Source: Bacillota bacterium
GTDB lineage: Bacteria > Bacillota > Clostridia > DSM-8532
Assembly: GCA_023415205.1 (NCBI GenBank)
Contig: JAEZLR010000029.1
Span: 158,170 to 222,169 of the forward strand
Length of the DNA: 64,000 bases
Reading direction: 5' to 3'
Position 1 is the first letter of the stretch; every line of letters begins with the position of its first letter. A program made the translations under genes and the position numbers. A model generated the notes under the pieces. That model ran no database searches, was not told the DNA's origin, and saw nothing but the letters and a program-made list of their open reading frames with translations. Below, piece after piece: positions 52,955 to 62,713 of the stretch.

Positions 52955-53905
52955 TTACACCATGCGTATGGCAAACATACTACAGGCGCTGACACAATAA
53001 CCGCAGGTCAGACACCTGGTCTCATCAATCAGGGAGCGTCCGTCACTGAGGAGGATGGCCTCATTGGGACATATCGTCCGGCATTGGCCGCAGTTGTTAC
53101 AAAGAGAAGGAACCGCGATAAATTTCTTCTTGCCCCCACTTTTAGAGGGCATTTTATGTTCATTATTGATTCCGTTAAAATAATCCAGATTAAAAAGCAG
53201 CTCTTCCTCGGAAACCATGCCCAGAGCCACTGCTGAAATGCCGGGAATTCCGCGGGCGAAGGTCATGGCCTCATCATACCGGTCAATTAGGGTTCCACCC
53301 CCCAGGGCTTTCATTATATAAACACCTTTTCCGGCATGAACACAATGGGAAATGGCCTCTAGCATTCCCTCCCTGCTGCCATGGAGAATGCCGATTCCGT
53401 CTATATTGATGATGGGAAACACCACATCAATATCCTTGTGATGGGCCGCGGCATTCACAGCCTGAACCGAATGGCTGCTGATACCCACCGCCTTGATGAC
53501 GCCCCTTGCCTTATAGTCTATGAGACATTCCAAAGCCCCCTGACGCTCCTCAAAGACACTGTCGTCGGAGCGAGCGGCATGGAGATGAAAAATGTCGATG
53601 GTTTTTACGTCCAATTGGGTTAAGGCCTCATTTATCGCCTTTTGCATGGATTGATAGTCCTTGGCTGTCGACTTAGTCGCTATAATAGGCCGTATACCCG
53701 TGGACTTCATGGCCCGCTTAATGGGCTCATAGGTAAGGTACATCTGCGCTGTATCAATAAAGTTGATGCCTCTTTCCAAGGCTTTTTCAACAATTCGCGT
53801 ACAAGAAACCATGTTCAGGTTCTTTTGCAGCGGACCAAAGGGCAGGGCACCAAAGCAGATCTCAGAAACCTCCAGGCCCGTTTGGCCCAGCTTATTCATT
53901 TTCAT
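52955..53905 (-). CDS. aldo/keto reductase fused to C-terminal 2x[4Fe-4S] ferredoxin domain
   Basis: AKR (TIM-barrel) N-terminus; C-terminal CNNCGQCRTICP and CLTCGYCVSAC ferredoxin motifs. Confidence 0.85.
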   Translation of the reverse strand: MKMNKLGQTGLEVSEICFGALPFGPLQKNLNMVSCTRIVEKALERGINFIDTAQMYLTYEPIKRAMKSTGIRPIIATKSTAKDYQSMQKAINEALTQLDVKTIDIFHLHAARSDDSVFEERQGALECLIDYKARGVIKAVGISSHSVQAVNAAAHHKDIDVVFPIINIDGIGILHGSREGMLEAISHCVHAGKGVYIMKALGGGTLIDRYDEAMTFARGIPGISAVALGMVSEEELLFNLDYFNGINNEHKMPSKSGGKKKFIAVPSLCNNCGQCRTICPNEAILLSDGRSLIDETRCLTCGYCVSACSMFAIRMV

Positions 53906-53921
53906 TTATCATCACCCTTAT

Positions 53922-56900
53922 CTATTTTACAATTTCAAAGCGGTCATGATCAACGGTTTTTCCAGATTCTATATGGGAGGAGGTGACCACCATCTTGTTG
54001 GGATAGACTCTGAAGGTGGTGAACACCGGGTAATTGGCATCATAGAGAACTGTGGTCCAGGTTCTAGGATTAGCATCATAGTATTTTTTACCGGAGCTCC
54101 CTCCAGTAATATAGGTGGTTCCCGCACCGATATTAGCCTTTTTCCCGTCGCGCATGGTGGTCCGGATATAGGTATGGTCGTGTCCGTTGAGGACAAGATC
54201 AATCTTTACGCGATCAAAAACGGGCTGAGCCAGCTTTCTCAAGTCTGCTTCATCATAAAATCCGGAATAGATGCCCCTATGCATCATAACAATCTTCCAT
54301 TTCTTATCGGAAGTCTTGCAGGTTTCCTCCAACCATTCCAACTGCTTGGCCATATTCTTCTGGGTATTCAGTACAAAAATCAGGGCGTCCTTGGTCTGGA
54401 AGGAGTAAGAGGTTTCCCCAAGGCCTTCCGGTCCGTTATTGGGCAGGGAGAAGTATGACGTAAAATTAGTAAGGGCTTCATCATCATAATACTCATGATT
54501 TCCGGGGGCAGCCATAACGGGTATACCTGAAAGGATCCGTGCCCCTGCACCAAAGAATAGATCCCACTGGCTCTTGTTGCCTCCCCTGTCTGCCAGATCC
54601 CCACCCAAGAGAATAAAGGCCGGATCGACTGCCTTCTCAACGGCCCTGGAAAGAACATCTCCAAAAACCTGGTACGAGGCCGCATTGGTTGCCTGGGGAT
54701 CGGTTATGAAAGCAAAGGAGTAAGAGGAATCATAGTTGGGTGTTGTAAATTCATAGACGGCGCTGTACTGTCCCGAGGAATTAGCCAAGCGATACACATA
54801 GGTCGTTCCCGGCTTAAGATCCTTCATGGTGACAGAATGAACCCTCATGGGTACCTTTTCGGTCAGATTGACTATTTGGGTTTCCGTACTTGTTCCCGTG
54901 GCCACCAGGGCGCCATTAAAGGTACCACTAAAGCTCTTTTTCTCCATATACTGAACCAAGGTTCCCTCCTGGGCTACAGGGGTCAGATAGTTAATCGACA
55001 TACTCCCGGGATTGGCCGTAAGTGACAGGGACAGGTTCTGGGGAGAAAGACCCGACATTTTTTCACTGATGGTAAGGGCCAGGGTTTTACTGGTCAGTCC
55101 TCCCTTATCAGCTCTAACCTTTAGGTTTGTTCCTACAGGAGCCTGGGTCAGCACCTGTGTGCTGGCCTTTCCGTTTTTATCGGTGGTGGCGATGGGGCTG
55201 CTCCCACTATCCAGGTAGATTCCAGCACCCTCCACAGGGTTTCCTGCTCTGTCGGTTACTGTGAACGATGTGGTTTCACCCACGGAAGTTCCCGAGGCCT
55301 TGAGGCTCAGTCCAAAATCCTTGGTAGCCGTCATGGACGGAAGAATAAACCTAAGGCTGGATTTATTGTTGGCCACGAGCATGGCTCCAAATCCCAGACT
55401 GACCTGAGTGGTATCCTTGGCGGTGCTCTTGGCCTTGAAGGTCATGGTTCCAACCTTGGCCAAAGCCGCGGAGGAAAGGGAAGTCAGATTATCAATTTCG
55501 ATCAAGATTTTCCCGTTTTGCTCATCTACCCTATGGTTGATAATCTTTCCTTTTTTAACCCAGGCCTCTAAAGCGATTTGCTTGCCACTGGTTTTGGTAT
55601 CGGCATCCACCAGTTCCAGCGAGGTGGGATCATAGTCAAAGGAAACATAGATCTTTTTGAGATTTTTAGGATTTTTAATACTCAGGGTGGTTGTAAAGCT
55701 TCCCCCAGTATAGAAGGTGGGGCTGGATTCCGCAATAAGCTGAGGCGCTCCAGTATCCACGGTAAAGAAAACCGATGAGGTGCTTGTATTCCCCGCCATA
55801 TCCGCATACTTGACAGTAAGCTGATGGAGTCCGTCTCCCAATGTGCCTCCAACACCCAGCTCACCGGTCAGGGTGACCCCACCGTTGATGGATAAAGCGT
55901 AGTTTGTTATGGCCACACCATCCATCAAAACCTGAATGGACTGTGTGTTGATCCCTGATCCTCCCGCCTGGTCGGACAGTTGGATATTCAGCGGAACAGG
56001 CATTGCTTTGAATACCGCTTGATCTTTAGGAGACTGGATCTGTGCGGAAGGTGCCTGGGTATCCTGGGTGCCCACCCCATAAACTGCGCTGATTCGGTCT
56101 ATGTAGAGGGTTCCCTTGGTGCGAAGCTCGTCTCTGGAGCACATAATTCGAATGGGGGTTTCCAGGGTGAAGGGCCCCTGCTTACCTGCGGGTATGGCTG
56201 CCTCCAGATACTTCCATCCGGTAAAGTCAATCCCACCGCTCTGTGTATCGGGCCTGTATTCTTTCACAAAGTCAACATCAAAGCTCTGACCGCTTGCATC
56301 CTTCACTTTTGCTCTCAGCCAGGTTTTACCGCCATCACCATAGACCCACATGCCAATGGCCGTAGGATTTTTTTCTAGAGTGATGGGGGCCTGCGCCTTG
56401 GTATTGGGGTCTATTCTGAAGGCATAGAGACCTGCTGTTCCATTTTCAACACCATTGTCCAGGGTGAAATCATAATCAATCTTTAGAAGCTTGGTTCCCG
56501 ATTTGGCCAGTTTGGAGTCCTCCACTACCGAAGCATTACCGGATTTAGCTCTCACAGTAGAAAAGCTCCAGGAAGAACCATTCTCGAAATCCTCAATGAC
56601 ACCGGGGGTGTCGGCAAACACCACATCTACATAGGCCACAGCCGAGCCGTAGCTCACAACAATTCTGCCCTTACCGGATGCGGCTTGGGCCGCAGTAAAG
56701 ACACCTTCCTGGGTGATGGAACCGATATTTCCTTCAACAGCCCAGGTGAATACGTTATCGGGAGCCGTTACCTTAGTGCCTTGATAGTAAGCTTCGACGC
56801 TTAGATCAATACTGCTTCCGGGTGTTACCGAAATCGTACTCTTTGAAGGCTTAAGGGAGGTTACAGTTGATAAAACGGTCAATTGCGCCGTTCCAAAGGC

Positions 56901-58355
56901 ATAACCGCCTCCGGCCATTATCTGGTAGGTGCCCGGGGCAGCCGTCACGGTGAGCAGCCCATTGGCATCTATGGTTCCGGCATCCGTCCCCCAAATCATA
57001 TTTTGGGGCAGGGCTGCGGGAAGATAATAATCATCTGTGGCCAGGGCTGTAAGCTGTATTGTTCCTTTGGGCAGGGCATACGCCGTACCAGGATAAATAT
57101 GTATCTTGGTGGCCTCGGTACTGGCCTGTGCCGACCCATTCCTGATAGCCATGCTTTGCTTTGAAATCAGTAGAATACCATTGGCGTTCGCTCTCTCACT
57201 CCCATCCGAAGGGGTATTAATAATCTTCGGACTGGCATAACCGGGCGTTCTGGATATCATGGACGAAGACCCGCCACCATCCAGCTTCAAGGCATGAACA
57301 CAACCCAGATCATACAGGAATTGAGCAATTTCCTGACTGGATGCCCCTTGGCTTGCTGTTATTCTACCGTCCACCTGATAGAGAACGATTTCACCATTGG
57401 CCTTCACACCGATGGCGGAAGTGGGATTGTAGTCTTTGGTGGCAAGGCCACTGGTTATGGTACCATTTTGAATGAGGATTTTATCGCCGCCGACCACCTG
57501 TTGCACATCGGTCCATTTGCCGCTTGGATCATTAAACTGAAAGCCTATCTCATCTCCCACCTTGATTTGAGTCATATCCGTATAGCCCGGCTTATCGTTT
57601 CTGACAGACAGGACCAACTGGTTTTCTCCGATGGGAGTGGCAGTGGCATTAGCGCGGATTTCTGAAACTGTGGCAATGACCATCTTTCCTATGGCAGCTT
57701 GTCCCATGGTAAGATTCATGATAATTTCTAGGCTTGGCACCGTGGAGCCGGTGTTGGCTCCAAAATCTCTGCTAAACAGAAAAGCCCCCACGTCGGATTG
57801 AGCCTTATTGAAACGTGCCACAGAAAACTCTTTTCCATTGACAATTCCTTTGATGTTGATGTCGGGAGTACCGATGACAGACGAGCCATCCGCCTTAAAG
57901 CCTATGCCAAACCAGCCGGGATTATTTGAGCTGATAAGACGACCATCCTCAACAACCACCCCGATGGGCACGCCGGTGGTGAGATTGTAAAAATCCCCGT
58001 TAACACCGCCAATAACCGCCAGCCCTTTCTTTTCGAACTCTTTGGATAAGGCAGTTAATGTTTTTCTGCTGCTTGTGCTGCTTCCTGCCGAAACCACAAG
58101 CTGGGCATCGGAGGTAAGAGGATTAAAGGTAATCGTACGACCGGTCTTAGGCGTACCATCGGCATTTTGAGCTTGCCAACTGTTAAGGATAACCCCTTTG
58201 CCTATTTCCGTCTCGTTTTGAGAAATGATGCGTGTTTGACCGGAGCCGGTTATATACGCCAACGCCCTGCCATTCAGGCAGATTGTGAAGATCATGGTGA
58301 TACAAAGAAAGAGTGCTATTACTGCATTCGTGCTGCTTTTCCTATTTCTTCTCAT
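53922..58355 (-). CDS. large secreted multidomain protein: phosphodiester glycosidase (NAGPA/DUF2233-like) N-domain, Ig-like/Big_2 and cohesin/CBM-like repeats, C-terminal purple-acid-phosphatase-like metallophosphoesterase
   Basis: Signal peptide from ATG 58355 (AGGGGG RBS); 'LKLDGGGSSSM' phosphodiester-glycosidase motif; C-terminal metallophosphatase motifs GGDLADRG, GNHEY, VMMHRG, NGHDHTY preceded by FN3-like PAP N-domain. Confidence 0.75.
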   Translation of the reverse strand: MRRNRKSSTNAVIALFLCITMIFTICLNGRALAYITGSGQTRIISQNETEIGKGVILNSWQAQNADGTPKTGRTITFNPLTSDAQLVVSAGSSTSSRKTLTALSKEFEKKGLAVIGGVNGDFYNLTTGVPIGVVVEDGRLISSNNPGWFGIGFKADGSSVIGTPDINIKGIVNGKEFSVARFNKAQSDVGAFLFSRDFGANTGSTVPSLEIIMNLTMGQAAIGKMVIATVSEIRANATATPIGENQLVLSVRNDKPGYTDMTQIKVGDEIGFQFNDPSGKWTDVQQVVGGDKILIQNGTITSGLATKDYNPTSAIGVKANGEIVLYQVDGRITASQGASSQEIAQFLYDLGCVHALKLDGGGSSSMISRTPGYASPKIINTPSDGSERANANGILLISKQSMAIRNGSAQASTEATKIHIYPGTAYALPKGTIQLTALATDDYYLPAALPQNMIWGTDAGTIDANGLLTVTAAPGTYQIMAGGGYAFGTAQLTVLSTVTSLKPSKSTISVTPGSSIDLSVEAYYQGTKVTAPDNVFTWAVEGNIGSITQEGVFTAAQAASGKGRIVVSYGSAVAYVDVVFADTPGVIEDFENGSSWSFSTVRAKSGNASVVEDSKLAKSGTKLLKIDYDFTLDNGVENGTAGLYAFRIDPNTKAQAPITLEKNPTAIGMWVYGDGGKTWLRAKVKDASGQSFDVDFVKEYRPDTQSGGIDFTGWKYLEAAIPAGKQGPFTLETPIRIMCSRDELRTKGTLYIDRISAVYGVGTQDTQAPSAQIQSPKDQAVFKAMPVPLNIQLSDQAGGSGINTQSIQVLMDGVAITNYALSINGGVTLTGELGVGGTLGDGLHQLTVKYADMAGNTSTSSVFFTVDTGAPQLIAESSPTFYTGGSFTTTLSIKNPKNLKKIYVSFDYDPTSLELVDADTKTSGKQIALEAWVKKGKIINHRVDEQNGKILIEIDNLTSLSSAALAKVGTMTFKAKSTAKDTTQVSLGFGAMLVANNKSSLRFILPSMTATKDFGLSLKASGTSVGETTSFTVTDRAGNPVEGAGIYLDSGSSPIATTDKNGKASTQVLTQAPVGTNLKVRADKGGLTSKTLALTISEKMSGLSPQNLSLSLTANPGSMSINYLTPVAQEGTLVQYMEKKSFSGTFNGALVATGTSTETQIVNLTEKVPMRVHSVTMKDLKPGTTYVYRLANSSGQYSAVYEFTTPNYDSSYSFAFITDPQATNAASYQVFGDVLSRAVEKAVDPAFILLGGDLADRGGNKSQWDLFFGAGARILSGIPVMAAPGNHEYYDDEALTNFTSYFSLPNNGPEGLGETSYSFQTKDALIFVLNTQKNMAKQLEWLEETCKTSDKKWKIVMMHRGIYSGFYDEADLRKLAQPVFDRVKIDLVLNGHDHTYIRTTMRDGKKANIGAGTTYITGGSSGKKYYDANPRTWTTVLYDANYPVFTTFRVYPNKMVVTSSHIESGKTVDHDRFEIVK

Positions 58356-58405
58356 GTAAGAACCCCCTGGTACTTTTTTAGGAAACTCATAGGAAAAGCT
58401 TAACA

Positions 58406-58434
58406 TAAAAAGCCTGTCTCAGACAGGCTTTTTA
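58406..58434. terminator. Bidirectional rho-independent terminator (AGCCTGTC-loop-GACAGGCT flanked by A5/T5)
   Basis: Perfect 8-bp inverted repeat between secreted-protein gene and alpha-amylase gene. Confidence 0.8.
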
Positions 58435-58513
58435 TGTTAACAGTGTATTTCGGTTCTGTTACGCTAAAGAGAAAAATATCCCTATAAAGGCTCATTTTAA
58501 ACAATAAAAGGTG

Positions 58514-60184
58514 TTATTTTACATAGATCACTGTGCTTAAGGGGGGTAGGGTCATGCTTCCTCCTGTTGCCTCAAAGCCCTCCTTGGTCTGACAGAATTT
58601 CAGGGTATAGCCTGCGGTGTCTAATTGAAGCGTCTGGGCTTCCTTGGAGAGATTATGAATAACAAGCGCCGTCTGGTTCTCGCTGGTCATGGAATAGAGT
58701 ACGATGGCATTATTACCTGATTCCAGGGCCTTAAACTTACCTGCATACAAAGCCTCGTTCTCATTTTTTACACGAATCAACCGCTTGTAATGGGTCAGCA
58801 AGGAGTTTTCATCCTTTTCCTGTACAGAGACAGGGGTGACGGCATCCTTGTATTTATTTTCACGCCATCTTGTCTCCATGGGATCATCTCCCCACATATA
58901 GGGCAGACGGATATCCTCATCGGGCTTGGCACCAAACATGCCGATTTCCTCACCATAGTAGATATAGGGAGTGCCTTCAAGGGTAAGATAGATGCTGGCA
59001 GCCATCTTCATCAGCTCAGGCTTTCCATTAACGGCGCTTATAATTCTGTTCTGATCGTGGTTGGAGAGAATAGGCGCATCCAGATAGTTAGGATTGGCCT
59101 CAGCATAGATTTTATAATTGTTCTCAATGGACTTGGCAAGATAATTATCCTTGCTGCCTCCTGCCTTAATAGCGGTGGTGATCTGATTTCCAATGCCGAT
59201 ATGGAAGGTGGAATCAAGAGAAGGCAGATAGGTTGCCCTTGTCCTCACATTGTCCTCCAGAACCTCACCTATGATCATAGCTTCAGGCTTAACCTGATGG
59301 CAGTGGTCAGTGAATTCCTTCCAAAAGCTAACGGTCTTCTCAATTCCGCTGGCCATATTAGGAAGCTCTGCACTGCCGTATATATGGGGAACAGCATCCA
59401 GTCTGAAGCCGTCAACACCCCGCTCTAGCCAGAAGCTTGCCACATTCTTCATTTCCTTCCTCACTTCAGGGGTATCATAATTGAGGTCAGGCATACCGCT
59501 CCAAAAGATAGCATAATAAAAGGCATTTCCTAATTTATTCCATACCTTGTGGCCCCATACGCTGGCATTGAGATTGTAGCCCTCGGTGCCGTCATTGGTC
59601 CAAGTGTACCATTTACGGAAGGGACTCGTGGGATCTGCGGACTGGATAAACCAGGGATTCTTATCACTGGTGTGATTAAGAACCAGATCCATAACTATCG
59701 ATATCCCGCGCTTATGGGCCTCGCTGACCAGGTTGTCAAAGTCGGCCAGAGTTCCATAGTCCGGGTTGATATCATAATAATCGGTTACATCATAACCATG
59801 GTAGGAAGGGCTCTTGTTGATAGGCATCATCCAGATACCCGTCACACCCAGATCATGGGTGGTTTCGGGATTCCCATCATTGAGATAATCCAGTTTTTGT
59901 GTCAGACCCTTCAGATCTCCAATGCCATCTCCGTTGGAATCGGCAAAGGCTCTGACGAATACCTCATAATAGACGCCCTGTCGGTTACCCGTGGCATTTT
60001 GCTTCACTGTGCCCAAACCATAGACGGGGTCCACAGGTGTTGCCTCTGGAGTGGCTATAGCCGATGGTGACACTGTGGGAGCAGGAGAAATGGTGGGGGA
60101 AGCATTCTGACTGCATGCCGCCAGTGAAAGGGTGAGAATAAGTGCTATGACCAGCGCCGAAAGCCGTTTTAAACCTTGAGCCAT
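58514..60184 (-). CDS. secreted alpha-amylase (GH13) lipoprotein
   Basis: Lipobox LAACS, GH13 regions (VMDLVLNHTS, GFRLDAVPH, EVLEDN, SNHDQ). Confidence 0.9.
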   Translation of the reverse strand: MAQGLKRLSALVIALILTLSLAACSQNASPTISPAPTVSPSAIATPEATPVDPVYGLGTVKQNATGNRQGVYYEVFVRAFADSNGDGIGDLKGLTQKLDYLNDGNPETTHDLGVTGIWMMPINKSPSYHGYDVTDYYDINPDYGTLADFDNLVSEAHKRGISIVMDLVLNHTSDKNPWFIQSADPTSPFRKWYTWTNDGTEGYNLNASVWGHKVWNKLGNAFYYAIFWSGMPDLNYDTPEVRKEMKNVASFWLERGVDGFRLDAVPHIYGSAELPNMASGIEKTVSFWKEFTDHCHQVKPEAMIIGEVLEDNVRTRATYLPSLDSTFHIGIGNQITTAIKAGGSKDNYLAKSIENNYKIYAEANPNYLDAPILSNHDQNRIISAVNGKPELMKMAASIYLTLEGTPYIYYGEEIGMFGAKPDEDIRLPYMWGDDPMETRWRENKYKDAVTPVSVQEKDENSLLTHYKRLIRVKNENEALYAGKFKALESGNNAIVLYSMTSENQTALVIHNLSKEAQTLQLDTAGYTLKFCQTKEGFEATGGSMTLPPLSTVIYVK

Positions 60185-60277
60185 AGTGTTAGGTTCCTCC
60201 TTAAGGTTTTTATTTCTCTGTTTAAAAAAGCCGATAATCGAAATTACCGGCTAAAGGGTGAAGGAAAACATCCAGAA

Positions 60278-61120
60278 CTACTCTTTAACAGCACCCGCTG
60301 ACATAATGCGCACCAGGTACTTTTGATTGAAGGCAAAAATGATAACAAAGGGAATGGCTATGAGCAGGGCGCCTGCTGCAAACTGTGTGAAGTTATCGTT
60401 GGATCGCCCATTGATCATTTCATACAGACCCACGGCCAAGGTTTTGTTTTTATCGCTTCTTAGGATGAATCGCGGTAGGATAAAGTCCATCCAAGGCTGG
60501 GTAAAGCTGGTCACTGCCAGGAAGGCCACCATGGGTAAGGTATTGGGAAGTATGATCCTCAGGAAGGTCGTGAGATTTCCCGCACCATCCATCTTAGCAG
60601 CTTCGTCAATACTCCTGGGTATGGTATCAAAATACCCTTTCAGCAGCCAAGTATTGTAGGGGATGTTTCCGGCCGTATAAACCAGAATCAAGCCCATAAA
60701 GTTATCTGAAAGGCCTAACCTGTTCAAAATAATGTATATGGCAATCATGCCCACTGCACTGGGAAACATCTGCAGTACCAGAAAGCTGACCATGGCCATT
60801 TTTTTAAAGCGGAATCTGAACCGCGAGAAAATATAAGCCGTAATAAGGACAATGACAGTAGTCAGCACGGTGTTGATACAGGCAATGATTAAGGAATTCT
60901 TATACCAGCTCAAATAATTGGTCTTTGTAAATAGCCTGGTAAAGTTTTCAGTGGTGGGGTTATTGGGTATGGGCAGAATATTCATGGATGCCAGAGATTT
61001 GCCCTGATTAAAGGCTCCCGCTATGGCAAAGGCTATAGGGTATATAACAATCAGTGCCAGAAGGATGAAAAATGTATAAACAAAGATATAACGAATGACC
61101 GTCAATGCCTTTTTCATCAT
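60278..61120 (-). CDS. malG: carbohydrate ABC transporter permease (MalG-like)
   Basis: 6-TM BPD_transp_1 permease with EAA loop region (IDEAAKMDGAG). Confidence 0.85.
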   Translation of the reverse strand: MMKKALTVIRYIFVYTFFILLALIVIYPIAFAIAGAFNQGKSLASMNILPIPNNPTTENFTRLFTKTNYLSWYKNSLIIACINTVLTTVIVLITAYIFSRFRFRFKKMAMVSFLVLQMFPSAVGMIAIYIILNRLGLSDNFMGLILVYTAGNIPYNTWLLKGYFDTIPRSIDEAAKMDGAGNLTTFLRIILPNTLPMVAFLAVTSFTQPWMDFILPRFILRSDKNKTLAVGLYEMINGRSNDNFTQFAAGALLIAIPFVIIFAFNQKYLVRIMSAGAVKE

Positions 61121-62448
61121 AATTCACCTTCCTTAAATGATTTTGTTTGCATAAAGTTGTAAATAGCAAAGGGTGCTATGACAATGAATAGAAGCAGGGC
61201 GACCACCGAGGCTCTGTTATACAGCCGCTGATCCAAGGTGAGCTTATACATCCATGTGATAAGCGTATCGGTTGTTCCTGCAAAGGATTGGGTCGTAAGC
61301 GTATCCGGAGGATTACCGTTGGTCAGGAAGAAGACACCTCCGAAGTTATTCATATTATATGAGAAACTCATAATCATGAGGGGTATTGTCTGATATAAAA
61401 GAAGGGGCAGAGTAATGTACTTAAATTTCTGAGATTTACTAGCACCGTCTATGGTTGCCGCCTCAAAAACATCCTGAGGCATGGAGGTCATGATACCGGT
61501 AATCATCAGCATGAAGTAGGGGAAGCCCAGCCAGAGGTTGACAATGAGAAGCATAACCTTGGCAAGGGTGGTATCAGAAAGCCATGGAATCGCATCCTTT
61601 TGAAGGACGCCGATGGCCTGGAGCCAATCCACAACACCGAGCTCTCTTAAGCCACGGGTAATGGGACCGAATTGTCCGTTGAGGAGGATTGCCCAGATAA
61701 AGAGGCTGATCATGGCCGGTACAGCATAAGGAAGAATAAAGATGGTTCTAAAGAATCCCTTAAGCTTAATTTCCTTGTCATTAAGGGCTAGAGCAATAAA
61801 CATACCGCCAAAATAGCAGGTCAATGTACCGATCAGAGCCCATTGGAAGGTCCACAAGGCCGTCCTGGCAAACCCCTGGGCATATTGTTTCATATTGATC
61901 ATGTCTTTAAAGGTTTGTAGCCCCACCCAGTCCACCGTATTATTGGGAGGGATATGGGAGGGTGCGGAGTAGTTTGTAAAGGCGAGTAATACGGCAAAGA
62001 CCAAGGGTATCACCACAAAAAATGAGATCATTACAAATGCGGGAGACAGTGCGGTATAGGCAAAGGCCTTCTCCCCCAGATCGCTCAAAAACTGACGAGT
62101 ATTCTGATATTCACCAGAGTTCTCCAATGCTTTTCCATGCTTCCTGGCATCGACAATATTTACTATATAAATACTAATAATGCCGACAAGAACGACACAG
62201 GCAATGAGGCCGTCGAGCATCATCCAAGTAGAATTGTCTCTTTGCGCAACAGGTAGGTTATTCTTTTGTTCCCCAAGGGTAATCAACCCTTTGATGGCTT
62301 TAAAAATAGTACTGGCATTGAACAGAACAATAATTTCGAAAATGGCAAAGATGATTCCCTTAACATATTGCTTTAAAACAGCGATATGTCCTAGTCCCAT
62401 AAACAACGCTGAGGCAATGGGTGCAGATATACTTGCTCTCTTTGTCAT
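61117..62448 (-). CDS. malF: carbohydrate ABC transporter permease (MalF-like)
   Basis: Multi-TM permease with EAA motif (FEAATIDGASK), overlapping stop/start with malG. Confidence 0.85.
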   Translation of the reverse strand: MTKRASISAPIASALFMGLGHIAVLKQYVKGIIFAIFEIIVLFNASTIFKAIKGLITLGEQKNNLPVAQRDNSTWMMLDGLIACVVLVGIISIYIVNIVDARKHGKALENSGEYQNTRQFLSDLGEKAFAYTALSPAFVMISFFVVIPLVFAVLLAFTNYSAPSHIPPNNTVDWVGLQTFKDMINMKQYAQGFARTALWTFQWALIGTLTCYFGGMFIALALNDKEIKLKGFFRTIFILPYAVPAMISLFIWAILLNGQFGPITRGLRELGVVDWLQAIGVLQKDAIPWLSDTTLAKVMLLIVNLWLGFPYFMLMITGIMTSMPQDVFEAATIDGASKSQKFKYITLPLLLYQTIPLMIMSFSYNMNNFGGVFFLTNGNPPDTLTTQSFAGTTDTLITWMYKLTLDQRLYNRASVVALLLFIVIAPFAIYNFMQTKSFKEGEL

Positions 62449-62669
62449 TCTATGTGTCCCCCTTTCCCTACTCTTTTATTTATTTATAGCAACGCTTATT
62501 TTCATTGTTATGATGGATGACCGGAAATAGGCCAAAGACCTCTTGTGATCCATCCATCCTGTAAAAATCTTTTAGTCGCCTCGAAGAAATACTGAATTCT
62601 GAGTGGCAGGTTACTATTAATTGTTGACCGGCCTCGGGAAAACAAGCTTCCCTTCATAATTTAGGAAAT

Positions 62670-62710
62670 AAAAGGCGATTCCGGTTTTCGGAACCGCCTT
62701 TTACTGTTTT
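62670..62710 (-). terminator. intercistronic hairpin/partial terminator between malE and malF
   Basis: Stem GGCG(A)TTCCGG/CGGAACCGCC with U-rich flanks in the 265-nt malE-malF spacer. Confidence 0.5.
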
Positions 62711-62713
62711 TAA

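Noticed and set aside
54380-58403. Multiple short ORFs on both strands within the 1478-aa secreted-protein gene
   Set aside because: Internal to and overlapping a long, domain-rich CDS; none has RBS or independent support.
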